A stretch of 64,000 bases of DNA from Phoronis australis (GCA_002633005.1 NMRA01000262.1:465894-529893); one strand, 5' to 3'. Positions 40,266-52,689 are shown, numbered from the stretch's first letter. Program-made: numbers and translations. Notes: generated by a model from the sequence alone, not told the origin.

Positions 40266-40478
40266 CATTTCCCTTTTTGAAACCCTTGAACATGCTAATC
40301 TGCACGCAGCTGCGGCAGCTGCGTTGCTAATGGCTAAACAGGCAGCGTAGCAAGCGGGCTTTCGGATGCGACTCCATCTAATGCGAATTCTTGGGGTCCA
40401 TCTGCCGGCCTGACAAGACTCTAAAGTAAGAGCCACGAGAAAGCACAAGACCAAGACACTAGCTGTGGAAGGTTTCAT
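40266..40478 (-). CDS. Cationic Cys-hairpin peptide precursor B, exon 1
   Basis: MKPSTASVLVLCFLVALTLESCQA-GRWTPRIRIRWSRIRKPACYAACLAISNAAAAAACRLACSRVS-KR-EM|gtaagt. Confidence 0.9.
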
Positions 40479-40527
40479 GTTAAAGTTGTCACGATTTAAT
40501 GTGACATTGCAGGAAAAGACCCACAGC

Positions 40528-40533
40528 TTTATA
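40528..40533 (-). promoter_or_regulatory. TATA box of peptide gene B
   Basis: CTATAAAG about 50 nt upstream of the ATG at 40478, conserved with gene A. Confidence 0.7.
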
Positions 40534-41209
40534 GACTTCACAACCTTTAATCCATAATGCGAAAATTGGTAACTCTGATTAAAGTATATTGGTCAAACGA
40601 TGATCAATATCATTATGGGCAATTTCTTTGGTTCTCAAATATGTATAAATATGCATTTCCGACTGAGATGAAAGATAAATACGTGTATTTTGTAAATATG
40701 AAAGTTGTCAGATATTGGTACCAGCTTAAGCCAAGCTATGCCTTTGCTGTATACACATTCGGCGACAAAAGGCCGTGGCAAAACAAGTGGAAAAGTAGCA
40801 ACACATATTACCTTAATCGTTTTGTATAAAGCAGTATTCAAATTCATCGAAAATTTTATATTAGAATGTAAATTTTTAATATAATTCTTGAAGTCATATA
40901 ACCCGTAGTCGCCGCCTTTTTGACTTCGTCAACCTTACACAAAGATTGAAAATTTAATTGCAACACAACGGTGTGAATACTTGTAATATATTAAAGCTAT
41001 GAATCGAAGTCTCGATTGCATGAAAACACACCAATTTATAAGTATTTCTATGAAATTTAACGTTTCAAATTCCATCATAATATATTTCGATATTGGTCGC
41101 CCTAATCAGAATTCCGATACGGCAACGGACCAAATCAGAATATACCGATTTTTGCCGGATTACCGATACGGGCTGGAACAATAACACGAAACATAGAAGT
41201 GCGCGACAG

Positions 41210-42035
41210 CTAGCCTTTTTCAAGACTATCATGTAATACAGCTAGGTACCATTGTGTTGAGCTCCGTTAGACCTAGCGTTGGTACAAAGATACAGCTTTG
41301 CACCGATGTGGGTAAAAAAGTGGCAAGATAAAATCTGACACAAAATTAGTGTCATTAAAAACTGCAGTCTTCCTTGAGTAAACTAAATTATTCAACGGAG
41401 CTGGAAAAACTGGCGTTCTACCGTTATTCTGCTGCTAAATTTGTGTAGCGATATTTAGCGAGTGCTTTCGGCGCCAAGAAATATTGCGTCACCTATTGGC
41501 CAGTTTCTTTTTTCGCCGATTCTTCAATTAACTGTTGTTCTTTCACGAGGTTGCATACATGTCACAACAAATTATCCGAACTGGTTTCACTTCATTATAA
41601 GTTTTTAGAATTTTGATACCGAAAAAACGAATTTCAGAAGAAATTTTGTTGCTGCTAAGCTATCACCATCTCCTGAGAGATGTCGCAAAAATTTAGGAAA
41701 TGGCGCGTGCGCGTAACACGAGCGTACTGTTTTCAACACGACGACATAGGCCTACTTTTCATTGTTAGAAAAGGCGGAGAGTTACGCAAGAAAATGACGT
41801 TTATTGCAACGGTTGTAACGGGCAAGGTGAGTGTCGGTTGATTAACAGATTTTGCATGCACCCCGTCCGGTCTTACGCTTTACATGTTGAAACAAGTTTC
41901 ACGGCGAGGTGATGAGCAGAATTACCCTACGGAAGAAATAAACTCAGTGGCAGCCAGCCAGCTAGCTGTATGAAGACAGTCGTCAAAATACAGCTAGGTA
42001 CCACTGCATGTATTTCTTCCGTAGACACCGAAATT
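41210..42035. repeat. Third (inverted) copy of the 15925/17550 repeat family
   Basis: Reverse-complement similarity to 17550-18330. Confidence 0.8.
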
Positions 42036-45000
42036 ATACATATCTCATTTTCTCAATAACGTATCATTCTTTACCACACTGACCACTGTATGTTTTGGTT
42101 GCAAAAGTCAACTATGCTCCATCGGTTATGGTTGAGCACATGACAGGGGGTGGGAGAAGGGTCCCTGGAATTGTCGTCAGCGATTTGTTCAGAAAATGCA
42201 GGGGCATGCAAATTCCTCGGGTTAGCGCGGTTCTGTAGCATGGCAAGAGATCATAATATCGATTTCATGTACAACATACAAGTGATTCGGTTGAATATGA
42301 ATTTCAAATTTGGGCTCATCATCTTTGACTTATCTTTGTACATGAAGGCAATGTAAGAAGGTTCCAGAGATTTTGAATTTGTATTCCAGAACGATTTAGA
42401 AGTTGTACATTTAAAACGGATATGATCCTGCCGTAAATGTCAAAAAGGCTAACGTGAAATCGATCCATATTGTTCCGTGGTTAAACTAGACATTAGAGCT
42501 TGTTGGGGACCAAGCTCTCAAGATGGATTGTTGCGTCCAGTATGGTTTCGTGTCTAGCGAACTGTCCATTATTTGCATGCTGGAAATTACTTCCATTTTT
42601 AGTAAGGAGCCAGTGACACAATGTATAAATCGAAAGGTTGCTTCTTGGACAGAACGCTATTCTGGCTTATATTCTTGTACTCAACCCATATTGTCAACCG
42701 ACAATATTGCCAATATTATCTGAGTGCTGCAATACATTTCACAATAAACGCGGGTTTACAGTCACCATAAGTAGTGTGCTGCGCTTTTCAATGAGTAATT
42801 AACGATCGGAATTATGGGAATTAGGTGCATACTCATACTGCATAACCAAATGTTATGTGTCAATTTGTAACAAAAATCTGGCGGCCATCTTCAGACTGAT
42901 GACTATTGAACACATGCATGTGTGACGTCACGCTCGGAACAGGCGGAGATTTAAACCTGCCTCCCGTTCAGTTACGCTAGGACCTCGCTAAAGAGCAAGA
43001 CTTCGCGAGGTTACGTGAGACATTGCCGTGTATTTTAAATAAGAACATCTGACTTTGACTCGATTTTAGCTGGGTCATAGCGTAGGTCCTAGCGTTATTG
43101 AACGCACGCCTGGTTTTTCCGTAGTATGTGTCCAGTTGCAATTGTCCCAATTGCCCGATATGTTGATTTCAACTATTCATGACATACCTCGTAAATCTGT
43201 TAATGTCATTGTCCAGGATGGAGACCCATGTCAATTATTTGATCAATGCATGAGTGAAGGTGTGGGACAATTACAGCCTATAACTTCATCCTACAGAAGA
43301 ACCAAGTTTCTAGCTCTGCCCATTCCGATCGCGACACTGCTTGTCGAGGTGTTCAACAGTAATCAATTTGAAGATGGCCGCCCGGATTAAGGAGGGCGAA
43401 AACGTTAACGTGGCATAAATTTTCGACGTCTGTGCCAAAAATATTTTTAGGAGCCTCTTAAAAACGCTGTCAATTTTTGTGTTGCGGCACCCATACTTTC
43501 CCGTTTGTCAGGGAAAGTATAGACATTGTAAGGTTTACTGCGATTCATAACCAGTTCAGAAGTAAATATGTCCCTGTCTGTGCTGCCTTCTCGGCGTGGA
43601 TGGCGCTGAGACGCCCGACTCTTGACTGTAATAGAGTTCAGTCATCTAATCCGTTGACGGAATAAATGATTATTTGGAAACAAATATGGATTGAGGGAAT
43701 ATTTGTTCGAGCTGGAAGAATTTAAAAGTGTTCATCTGCACCCGACAGATACTTACAGCAACGGCAACTTTGATATTTTAGCCAGAATTAAGCAGTATTA
43801 GCAGAAAATGTTTTGACCAACGTGATGGATTAGAATGTGCCACCATCTAGGTTGGATTAGGATTGGTTTCAAAATTTTATATAGCTCCTGCTAGTTTAGT
43901 TCAGATTTGGGGATACAGTACTCCCCATCAGCTTGTGTACTCATATCGGGTCCATGTAATAAAAACGGGTCATAAAATAAAAAGTTTCATCTGGTCAAAA
44001 ATTTTGCATTTAATTGGTACTGAAATTGACAACCTTCTCCAGTCACCCTTTTGGCTTCTATGCATACCCTCGATGAATTAGCCTGACCATCAAGATTAAG
44101 GAAAGTTTCGTACTTCCCAAAATAATCACTGACACGCCTAGGTGACTTCACTCAAGTTAGATACTGGGAAATTACTTCAAAATGCCAGGGGTAGCGTTTG
44201 TCTCCTTCACAGATCCTCTAGAATGGTGGGGATCTGCTACAGCACATTTTCAGATCTGCCATATTGGAATTTCATTGGCCGTTCAGATTTCAACAGACAA
44301 CGCATTCTATTAGCCAGTTCCATTATGGGTAAAACTTGTTCATCAACATGGCGACATACATTGAAAAAATATTATTTCTTTCAGTGCTGTATCAATCGAT
44401 TTGTTTTCATCTAGGAAGCAGCTCCTACTTTTCAAACAAACGACTCAGCACCAGTAACGTGCAACCGACGTTTTAGGCAAAATGGTCAACAAGAAGTTGG
44501 TAGTGAATGCTTTAATAAACATTTACATTTACATTTACATAAATATATACAAACAAACATTTCGGTTACAGTTTAAACAGTGAAAATGTCAGCTCAGTGT
44601 AAATTTGTGTTTATTTTCAAAATAATGAATAGGTAAATACATAATACAAAGCTCAATTTTTTCCGGTTTAGATAGTTGGCTTCACAACAGAGATTCAACG
44701 TTCTAATTGCTGGATGTTTTAAAAGACAACGCCACCCAAAAAACAACCTTTTTGTATCTATATAGGTCGAGTTGTTCCACTCGATAACAGCAAGTTCAGT
44801 TGTTTTACCTGACATCTAACGGCAGACCGAGGTGATGAAATTAACCAATGACGTAATCGGTTCGAACGCAGTCTGTACAGCCGTTCACAACACGCTTACT
44901 GGTGTCAACTTATCGCTTGAATTCATCGTTTTGCACCAATAAATCATCAAAATTCGATGTAAACCCCTTACAAATACATCGAGCTCTTGAACAAACGTGT

Positions 45001-45932
45001 TGTTTTATTTCAGTGTTACGGATTATAAGTATTTGAACGTACCGTAGCCTACCTTGATTTCGGTAGGCCAATTTACGATGGTTGATCGCGGGAGTTTGGG
45101 TCTGTTTGGTGATAAATTCAAATCATTCTTCCATGAAATACAGACGGGGTAACATACCTGTGTGTTGTACTTTCAGACATGCGATTTTTTACTTCTAAAA
45201 ACACAAAGCGCTTGTTACTCCCAGTCAGTGGCTCAGAACCCGATCAGGCCCGTCGCGGCCCGGCGCCGGGACTGGACATCACGAACATAAACCAGCTTAA
45301 GTTGCAAACTAAACCTTCAGTCACGAAAAGACTATAATAGTTAGCCAAAGAAATAATGTACACGTAATTATTTAAATGAATTAGCCATGAAACTGAAAAT
45401 CTACTTACTTGTCGGGGGCCGCGAAGTTAGGTTCCCCTTCCACGCACAAACCGTCAGGGCAAAGGTTACACAGTAACAATTATTTGAATAATGAATTTGT
45501 ATATCTAAATAAAAATTCCCCTCCGGTCAATTACCTTTATTGCATATAAAGCCTGTAACGCAGTGGTTTATTCATTGCTGGCTTCTCAAAACATTTGCAC
45601 TCACGAATGCTCCTAAGGCATTACAAACTGGATCTAATGAGACAAATTTTGTTTCAGTTTTACCTAAGCATTGGTTAGGGTGAGAATGATTCATTTTGAA
45701 ACAGAACGCAGAATAATAAACGTCTACATGGCAACTCGCCCGGCGCCAATCCCGACTCATGTAGTCGAGAGCTCATCCGACGAAGACTTCACGCGTCGGA
45801 TCGTTAGGTTTCACAGGCTATCAGTTCGAACCGGGATACACTGATCACGAAATACTAGAGAGGCGCCGTGAACATGCACAGGCAACGGAACGTATGGATA
45901 GTTCTTTGGTAAGCTGGAATTCGTCAGAAAAA

Positions 45933-46310
45933 TCACTCAAGGCGAAATGCTGGCCGGCAGACACGGAGATGTTTCACGGCCACATACTTGCCATTAACAG
46001 CGTACTTTTCATTCTTCATTACCGCGAGCCACTTCCTAAGCATTTCGGGCTCTCGAAGAAGTCGAAAAAACGATATACCCGCTTTCTTCGCAGCTTCATA
46101 GTTCGGAAAAGCGGTAACGATGCACCGCAATATACCGGTATTCACTCTGCAGATGAACCACTGACGTCGCTGCGTCGTTTCTCACCGTCCCCACAGGTTA
46201 ACGCGACACCTCTCGGCGAGGTCAGGTCGACCGTAAAAGAGGTGATGTGGATATAGACCGATTAAAACGGTAAAAAAGACTAATTCAATCGGGTGGCATT
46301 CTCCTTTAAT
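45933..46310 (-). mobile_element. THAP-domain remnant near a Kolobok-like end
   Basis: RCIVTAFPN...GISFFRL...RKWL...LRVCRPAF is a decayed THAP pattern (C-x4-C...GISFxRFP...W...RVCSxHF). ...ctcctttaa at ~46300-46309 could be a TTAA-flanked terminus. Confidence 0.55.
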
Positions 46311-46657
46311 ATCTGAGATCGCGCATTCCAACTAACCGGTTAAAAGGAAACACATCACCATTAACAGCAAAACCACGATATCAACAAATTGACTAAATTC
46401 CGTTCATTATAAATTTTCAAGCTGAAATCTCAAAAAAACGGTGGTGTGCTTTTCTAAATAATTTCGTTTTCTGTTATGCAACTTTTGCTTTTTCATGAAA
46501 ATCTCATTTTGTTGGCCTCTCATAAACCCATAAAACAGTAGAGAAATCATAGTATTTCAAAGTTTCATATAAATCCGATCACCTATTCCTCATTCATGAT
46601 GTTCCGAAGTTAGCCAAATTTACACAATTTTCTTGAGTCCTACAAAACATTAAAAGA

Positions 46658-47380
46658 ACACTTGGTCGACTTCGTGAGTGCAGATTGCAGACCTCGTGCT
46701 CGAGCTGGCAACAAATATTAAGTGCCCCACACTGTTGACCTTATTGTGATGAACTCAATTGCCGGTTACCACACAAGACAAGACAAAAAAAAATTACTTT
46801 GGAGACCGAAATAAAGGGTTGTGCAAGATAAAATTGACGAAAGACTCCCAAATCGACACAACGTCTGAATTTCAACGATTTGTAAGGTCAGCATCGACGA
46901 TCCAAATTAATAATTTGCTAAATATTGCCCCCTCAAATTTACCCTGTACCAACTTGAGCCTCAACCATAGGTTAGCAAACCATCAAGGAAAACAAATAGA
47001 TTCATCAAGAACTGACACANACACTTGGTCGACTTCGTGAGTGCAGATTGCAGACCTCGTGCTCGAGCTGGCAACAAATATTAAGTGCCCCACACTGTTG
47101 ACCTGATTGTGATGAACTCAATTGCCGGTTACCACACAAGACAAGACAAAAAAATTACTTTGGAGACCGAAATAAAGGGTTGTGCAAGATAAAAGTGACG
47201 AAAGACTCCCAAATCGACACAACGTCTGAATTTCAACGATTTGTAAGGTCAGCATCGACGATACAAATCAATAATTTGCTAAATATTGCCCCATCAAATT
47301 TAGCCTGTACCAACTTGAGCCTCAACCATAGGTTAGCAAACCATCAAGGAAAACAAATAGATTCATCAAGAACTGACACA
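46658..47380. repeat. ~360-bp direct duplication across single N (47020); probable assembly artefact
   Basis: 46658-47019 is repeated at 47021-47380 with a few SNPs/indels. Confidence 0.8.
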
Positions 47381-48332
47381 GCACATGTTGTGAGAAAAAA
47401 TTATAATGATTTCCTAAGTCCACTCAAAACAGTTTTGCCCAAGAGCCAGTTTATGAGGGAAGCAGACAAAACGATACCCAGTTATCAAGAGCAGACTTGG
47501 TAGCTTGCCATTGCTTTTGATCGATACCCGATATTAGATGGTATCGTTATGCCTTTTTAGTTTGAAAATACCGCATTTGGTTCAATGTGCAGATCATCTG
47601 ACTTGTAACTGTATACACAAACATACCGAGAGTGGCGTACATGAAGTAATATCCCACGAGACGTTATTCCGCGGAATAAGGTCGATTGGGATATTACTTC
47701 ACGTACGCCAATCGAAGGTCGTTTTGTATTTAACCCATGCGCTTCGAATTCCTAAGTTTCTTATATTTTTTCGGCAGATTTTTCAAATACTTCACCCAGA
47801 CTGTTCACATGGCAGATCACATCCTATATGTATGTACTTGCGCATTAGGTTGCAAGTTTTCTCTTGTAAAAGAAACAGTTTTAAAAGTAACGATTAATTT
47901 CTTGAAAAGGGGTAACAAAGATGAAAGCAACGGCAACTATGCAGTGAACTAGTAACATCTCCTGGAAATAGTTAAAAACAACATTTGATATTTCAGTTTA
48001 CTAGGAATGGGCGCCTGAGTTGCAGACGATATAGTATTCAGCAATTGAAAACTGAGACATAAGTGTCTTAAAATTAACAGTTTTGTTCCAGATTTTACGT
48101 TTAGGGCCTGGTTGCATGTCAAGTGTTAGTTACACTGCTGCAACTGTATTACTTTAACCTATATTCGGAAAGTTTGATGATCGAACCGGCTGTCGGAAGA
48201 CGCCGAGTCAACATTGACCTATCTTTTGAACTTTCCATGTCAGAGGTCACTGTTGAAGTAGTGCGGGAGGTGAATACGGAAAACTTTATTACATGGCCGT
48301 ATTTCCCTCGACAGATTCAACGCGTATGGGAT

Positions 48333-48609
48333 AAAAAACAATACACGCAAGTGTTGGCTTACGAATTAGAATGCCACAATCGTAAACTGTTAGACCTACA
48401 GCCTGGGAATAAGATATGGAAGCCAAATCATATGACGCAGGAGCAGCTGTCTCGCCCTTTGAACTAAATAAGTTAATGGCGTTCCGCTTTCTCGAGGTTT
48501 TTCTCCTTTACCTGCTTTTCACACCTGTTAGTTTATAATGGATTGATATAGCTGCCTTTGATGTTCGTAATATACCGGTGGCAAACGCTTCATTAAGCGA
48601 CACCTGTTA
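48333..48609 (-). repeat. Duplicate of the sulfotransferase 3' end, terminating at N 48610
   Basis: Near-identical to 49321-49599, which holds the last codons and 3' UTR. Confidence 0.8.
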
Positions 48610-49163
48610 NTAATCTATTTATACCACATACTAAACGAGAAACATTGCAATGAATCGATTTACCTTTTCTGACTCTCCACGGCTTGGTAACTACTTTCTA
48701 TGTCAGAGGCCCGGGGTCGGAGGTCGTGACCTTTTAAGAAAAGCCCGGCTATTTTTGTCAAATAATCTTTTTACTCAAAACCCATTGAAAACTTAAATAT
48801 TATAGAAATAAATTGAATTTATAAATTAAGGTTTACCAACTATTATAGCTTAAAACACGTTTTTTCACGCTAAGCTTCGACCGGGAAATTATCGTCTGCT
48901 AAAGTAGGTTACCACTGGTAACTGAAAATAATTCTCAAGTCAAAGATCCTGACGACACGATACCCGCATTCAAACTAGAGATCGGTGATTTACAAGTAAG
49001 AGGACATGAGAGAAAAATTTCACCGAATGAAGATATCATTTTTATGGAAATTATGTGTCTTTGTTTTCGTAGCGTATAAGTACAGTACAATGCGGTTTGT
49101 TGAACGTGCGATTATTGCGCGTGCTCATTTAAGTATTCTATTTTCACTCTTGATGACGTCAGT

Positions 49164-49235
49164 CGCTGCTTGGTGTAGTGGTAAAGTCGGCGACCAGCAA
49201 TATCAGGGTCCCGGGTTCGACCCCGTCCTCGGTTT
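49164..49235 (+). other. tRNA-like (SINE head-like) segment inside a dispersed repeat
   Basis: A box TGGTGTAGTGG (49171-49181) and B box GGTTCGACCC (49214-49223) at tRNA spacing. No convincing acceptor stem. Confidence 0.55.
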
Positions 49236-49516
49236 CCCGCCAAATCGTTATCTCACTAGTGAGATAACTTTATGGGTTATTACACGGTTGTATCTGCCAT
49301 TTGACGCTAATAGTGTGGTATAAAAAACAATACACGCAAGTGTTGGCTTACGAATTAGATTGCCACAATCGTAAACTGTTAGGCCTACAGCCTGGGAATA
49401 AGATATGGAAGCCAAATCATATGACGCAAGAGCAGCTGTCTCGCCCTTTGAACTAAATAAGTTAATGGCGTTCCGCTTTCTCGAGGTTTTTCTCCTTTAC
49501 CTGCTTTTCACACCTG

Positions 49517-50423
49517 TTAGATTATAATGGATTGATATAGCTGCCTTTGATGTTCGTAATATACCGGTGGCAAACGCTTCATTAAGCGACACCTGTTAGA
49601 TTGGTTTCCTCTTCGTTCAGTGCTACAGATATTTATCCATTCTTGTTTTAACTGTCTTAGCTTTAGGATTTCAGACTCCATTCGATCTATTCCAAACATT
49701 TCAATTTTCTTTAACAATATTTTTCGGAAATGATTCCACAGGACTGTGTCGGCGGCATGCCAATCCCGAATTGCCATCTTTGTGCTTTCCAACATAGTGT
49801 AATTTACATTTAGAAACTGCTTATACCTCATCTTAAAGTATACTACGTCGTCCATTTCCCATCCCATCAAATCTTTGAATAAAATCAACGATTCATCAAA
49901 CAGGTCTGTGATCATAACAAGTCCGAAAATTTTTTCGAACTCTTCTATTTTCGCGTTCACCAAAGCTCGGCTCTCTACTTGAAATTCGTCTAGCCCTAAG
50001 TCAAATGACGTGCGATCGTGTACACAAGGCCACAAGCTGCACATCCGTATTTTACGCATGCGCCGATCGTTGTAGTGTTTAATGTTCTTCACAAATTGTT
50101 CAGCCATGTCAATATTACTGCTTGTGTTTAACCCGAAACAGTCAAGTTCTCTATACCTACATGTACCGCTAAAGTACTTGAGTTCCGAACGAAACCTTGT
50201 TGCAGGATCGCGGATGATGGTAACATAAAATGTGTCCTTGGGCATTATGTTTTTGAAAACAATGTAATTAAATCGGTGATGGTTACAGACTATGTTGTAC
50301 TCTCCCGTTTGGGTTTTATGCAACTGCAGCTGAAGAAGGTCACTTGTCTTTAGTTTCCTCGGATAGCCCATATGCATGCTTTTGGCTCCAATTAAAAATG
50401 TGAGATTCCTTGTCGTCCCGTAC
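49517..50423 (-). CDS. Galactose-3-O-sulfotransferase family protein, exon 2
   Basis: Acceptor ttttaaacag|, phase 2. (R)YGTTRNLTF, NIVCNHHRFN, YVTIIRDPATRFRSELKYF (3'-PB), FGLVMITDLFDESLILFKDLMGW. Stop at 49517. Confidence 0.92.
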
Positions 50424-51612
50424 CTGTTTAAAAGTAAAAGGTAGCCCAGGTGAGATAAAAAAACAAAGGAAGGGAGAACATAAAAATTTAATTTCCATCA
50501 GGGTGTATATGTATGTATTCTAGTGTAGTCAGGTATCTGCAACTTTGAAACTTTAATTAAGAACGTGTCGTACACACATTTAAAGGAAATAGACGTGTTT
50601 TCTTCCAATAGTTTTTCAATTTCGGAATGTTAAGCCGTGACGTCACAAGCGCTCTTTCCAGTTGATAATGATTATAACTGAAAAAATTGAGTAAAGCACG
50701 GATTGTTCTAAAACCCCTTCGACCCACGACCCCCTCTACCCACGACCAACTCGACCCACAACACCCTCGACCCACGACCTGTGGCAATAGAGGTATTTTT
50801 GCGCATTTTACATATTTCATAATCTTATTACGTCGCTGATTGACTTTCCCACGAGACACACTTACACGCGAGTGTGTTTTGGCTCAAGTCTGGTGAAACA
50901 GAAAGTAGCGTGAGAACGTGATCTGAAATAGCGCATTGTGAGCGCGCTATTGTTGTCACGGAAATAGTTCCACGAGCGGCTACCAATGGCCCACTGGCAG
51001 TTCTACTAAATCGTGAACGTATGTTATTTCACATTTTTATTGCTTGCTTTCAGTTGTATTCCCGTTTACAATATACTCCGTACAAAGTTGAAATAGTTTT
51101 TCAGTTAACAGTTTGTTCACTGATGAAATTACAGTTTTCGTGGTTCCTCGCACTCTCTCCGTGAAAGGGTCTAGTCTGCCATTTACTGAAGAGCAGACGA
51201 GACGATCAAACTCTGCCGGAACGATATTTGTAACCGTTGTTAGTAAATCTTTGATTCGATTTCTTCTCGTCATTTTTTTCTGTTTTTGCCTTTCAAACTT
51301 GCCGAATCGACTCTCTTAAGTGCAGAAAACTGGGAAAAGACTGACGAGCTCACGGCCCAACTCATTGGTGATTGGTCCTGCAAGTCAGCGTTTTTTCTAT
51401 GTTCAGATCGAGTCGAGGGGATTGTGGGTAATGGGTAGAGGGGGTCGTGGGTCGAGGAGATCGAGGGTCGTGGGGGTCGGACGTGTGGGAGTCGAGGGGG
51501 TTTCAGAACAATCCGTAAAGCACTTACACTAAAATTGGTCACCGTTACACTAACGATGACAACGAATATTCAAAGTACTTAAAGAATCAAACTTCTTCAC
51601 GTAGTTGCTTAC

Positions 51613-51905
51613 CTGTTAATAATCGAATTCATTGTTGACGATCCCGTTTTATGGGTCTTCACAAATACCAAATTATGCCGCGGCTGTCGTTTTCTCCAGT
51701 TTGCCGTCGGCGTCCTATTACCCATTTCTGTGTTCATTAATGTTTCTTTCATCGTAGGAGTATCGTGTCTTCTTAATGATTCCACTCGCACAATGTTGGA
51801 TGGGAAATGTGTGTATAAATTAGTACATAAGAAAGACAAGCACAGTACCATGAAAATGATACTGAAAAGGCGACAAAGGGTCTTGGTGGTTTTCCGGCGT
51901 AACAT
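51613..51905 (-). CDS. Galactose-3-O-sulfotransferase family protein, exon 1 (type II membrane anchor + 5'-PSB)
   Basis: MLRRKTTKTLCR-LFSIIFMVLCLSFLC (TM)...NLVFVKTHKTGSSTMNSIIN(R) AG|gtaagc. Spliced product is 399 aa. Specific GAL3ST ortholog not assignable. Confidence 0.9.
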
Positions 51906-52689
51906 AACTGTTTTACTGGCAATTGTCAGTAAATAACCTATCAAGAAAGCATAAGGACCAGGTGTAATACGCAAATAAAAACCTACGCGAGTCGCGCAAC
52001 TACACGCCTTATTTAAACTTTGATTTGTAGGCTTTTCGATTACTATGTAGTGAAAATATTGCGTAAATTCCACAGTAGCTGGAATGCCATCGTTAGTCTT
52101 CTCGGTACCCTCCAGTTGCTGAAAAGCAACCTTTTCCCCAACTGCCATGTATGTATAAGATACATATGGGGTATTTTGTCCATAAACAATAAAATAGTCC
52201 TACTTTGAAATCGCATATTTCTTAGGTTTCTGCTAAAGGTCAGGTCCTCGACCCACCATTTTACAGATTTCACATTTCCAGGACTATGAGAATGTTTGGC
52301 GGAATGTTTCCCCAAACAAATTTGAACTATGGAGGAGGATCGCATCACACATGTATGTGACACGAAAGCTCAGAAACCGTCCTCAATTGAACTCCCTCTT
52401 TCGCGAAGGTTCAAGTGCATTGCATGACTAACCTACTTATCTAGATCGGTTAGTACGCGAAAAACAAAGCATGGTGTGTACAGCGCTGGGTATATTACGA
52501 ATTTCTTTGATTCACCAGTGCACCTCACAATGCATTCATGATGTACATTACCAAGCATGATGAATTTTACAATAATTATGATATGGATTTTTGAGTAGTG
52601 CATTTGCATGTGAAGAATTCAAAGCTTTACACATGTATTGCATTGTGGGAAATACCTTAGATTGAGATTGGTGCTGTGCTATTTCAGGA

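Noticed and set aside
42400-44450. Coding-looking stretch with several short ORFs
   Set aside because: No continuous frame or recognisable motif. May be an old TE relic, but I cannot support a call.
49164-49235. Functional tRNA gene
   Set aside because: A and B boxes are present, but the acceptor and anticodon stems do not pair convincingly and the segment lies inside a repeat.
51906-52148. N-terminal extension of the sulfotransferase from ATG 52148
   Set aside because: The ATG at 51905 gives the typical short basic tail plus TM of a type II Golgi enzyme. The extension has no recognisable features, though it cannot be fully excluded.
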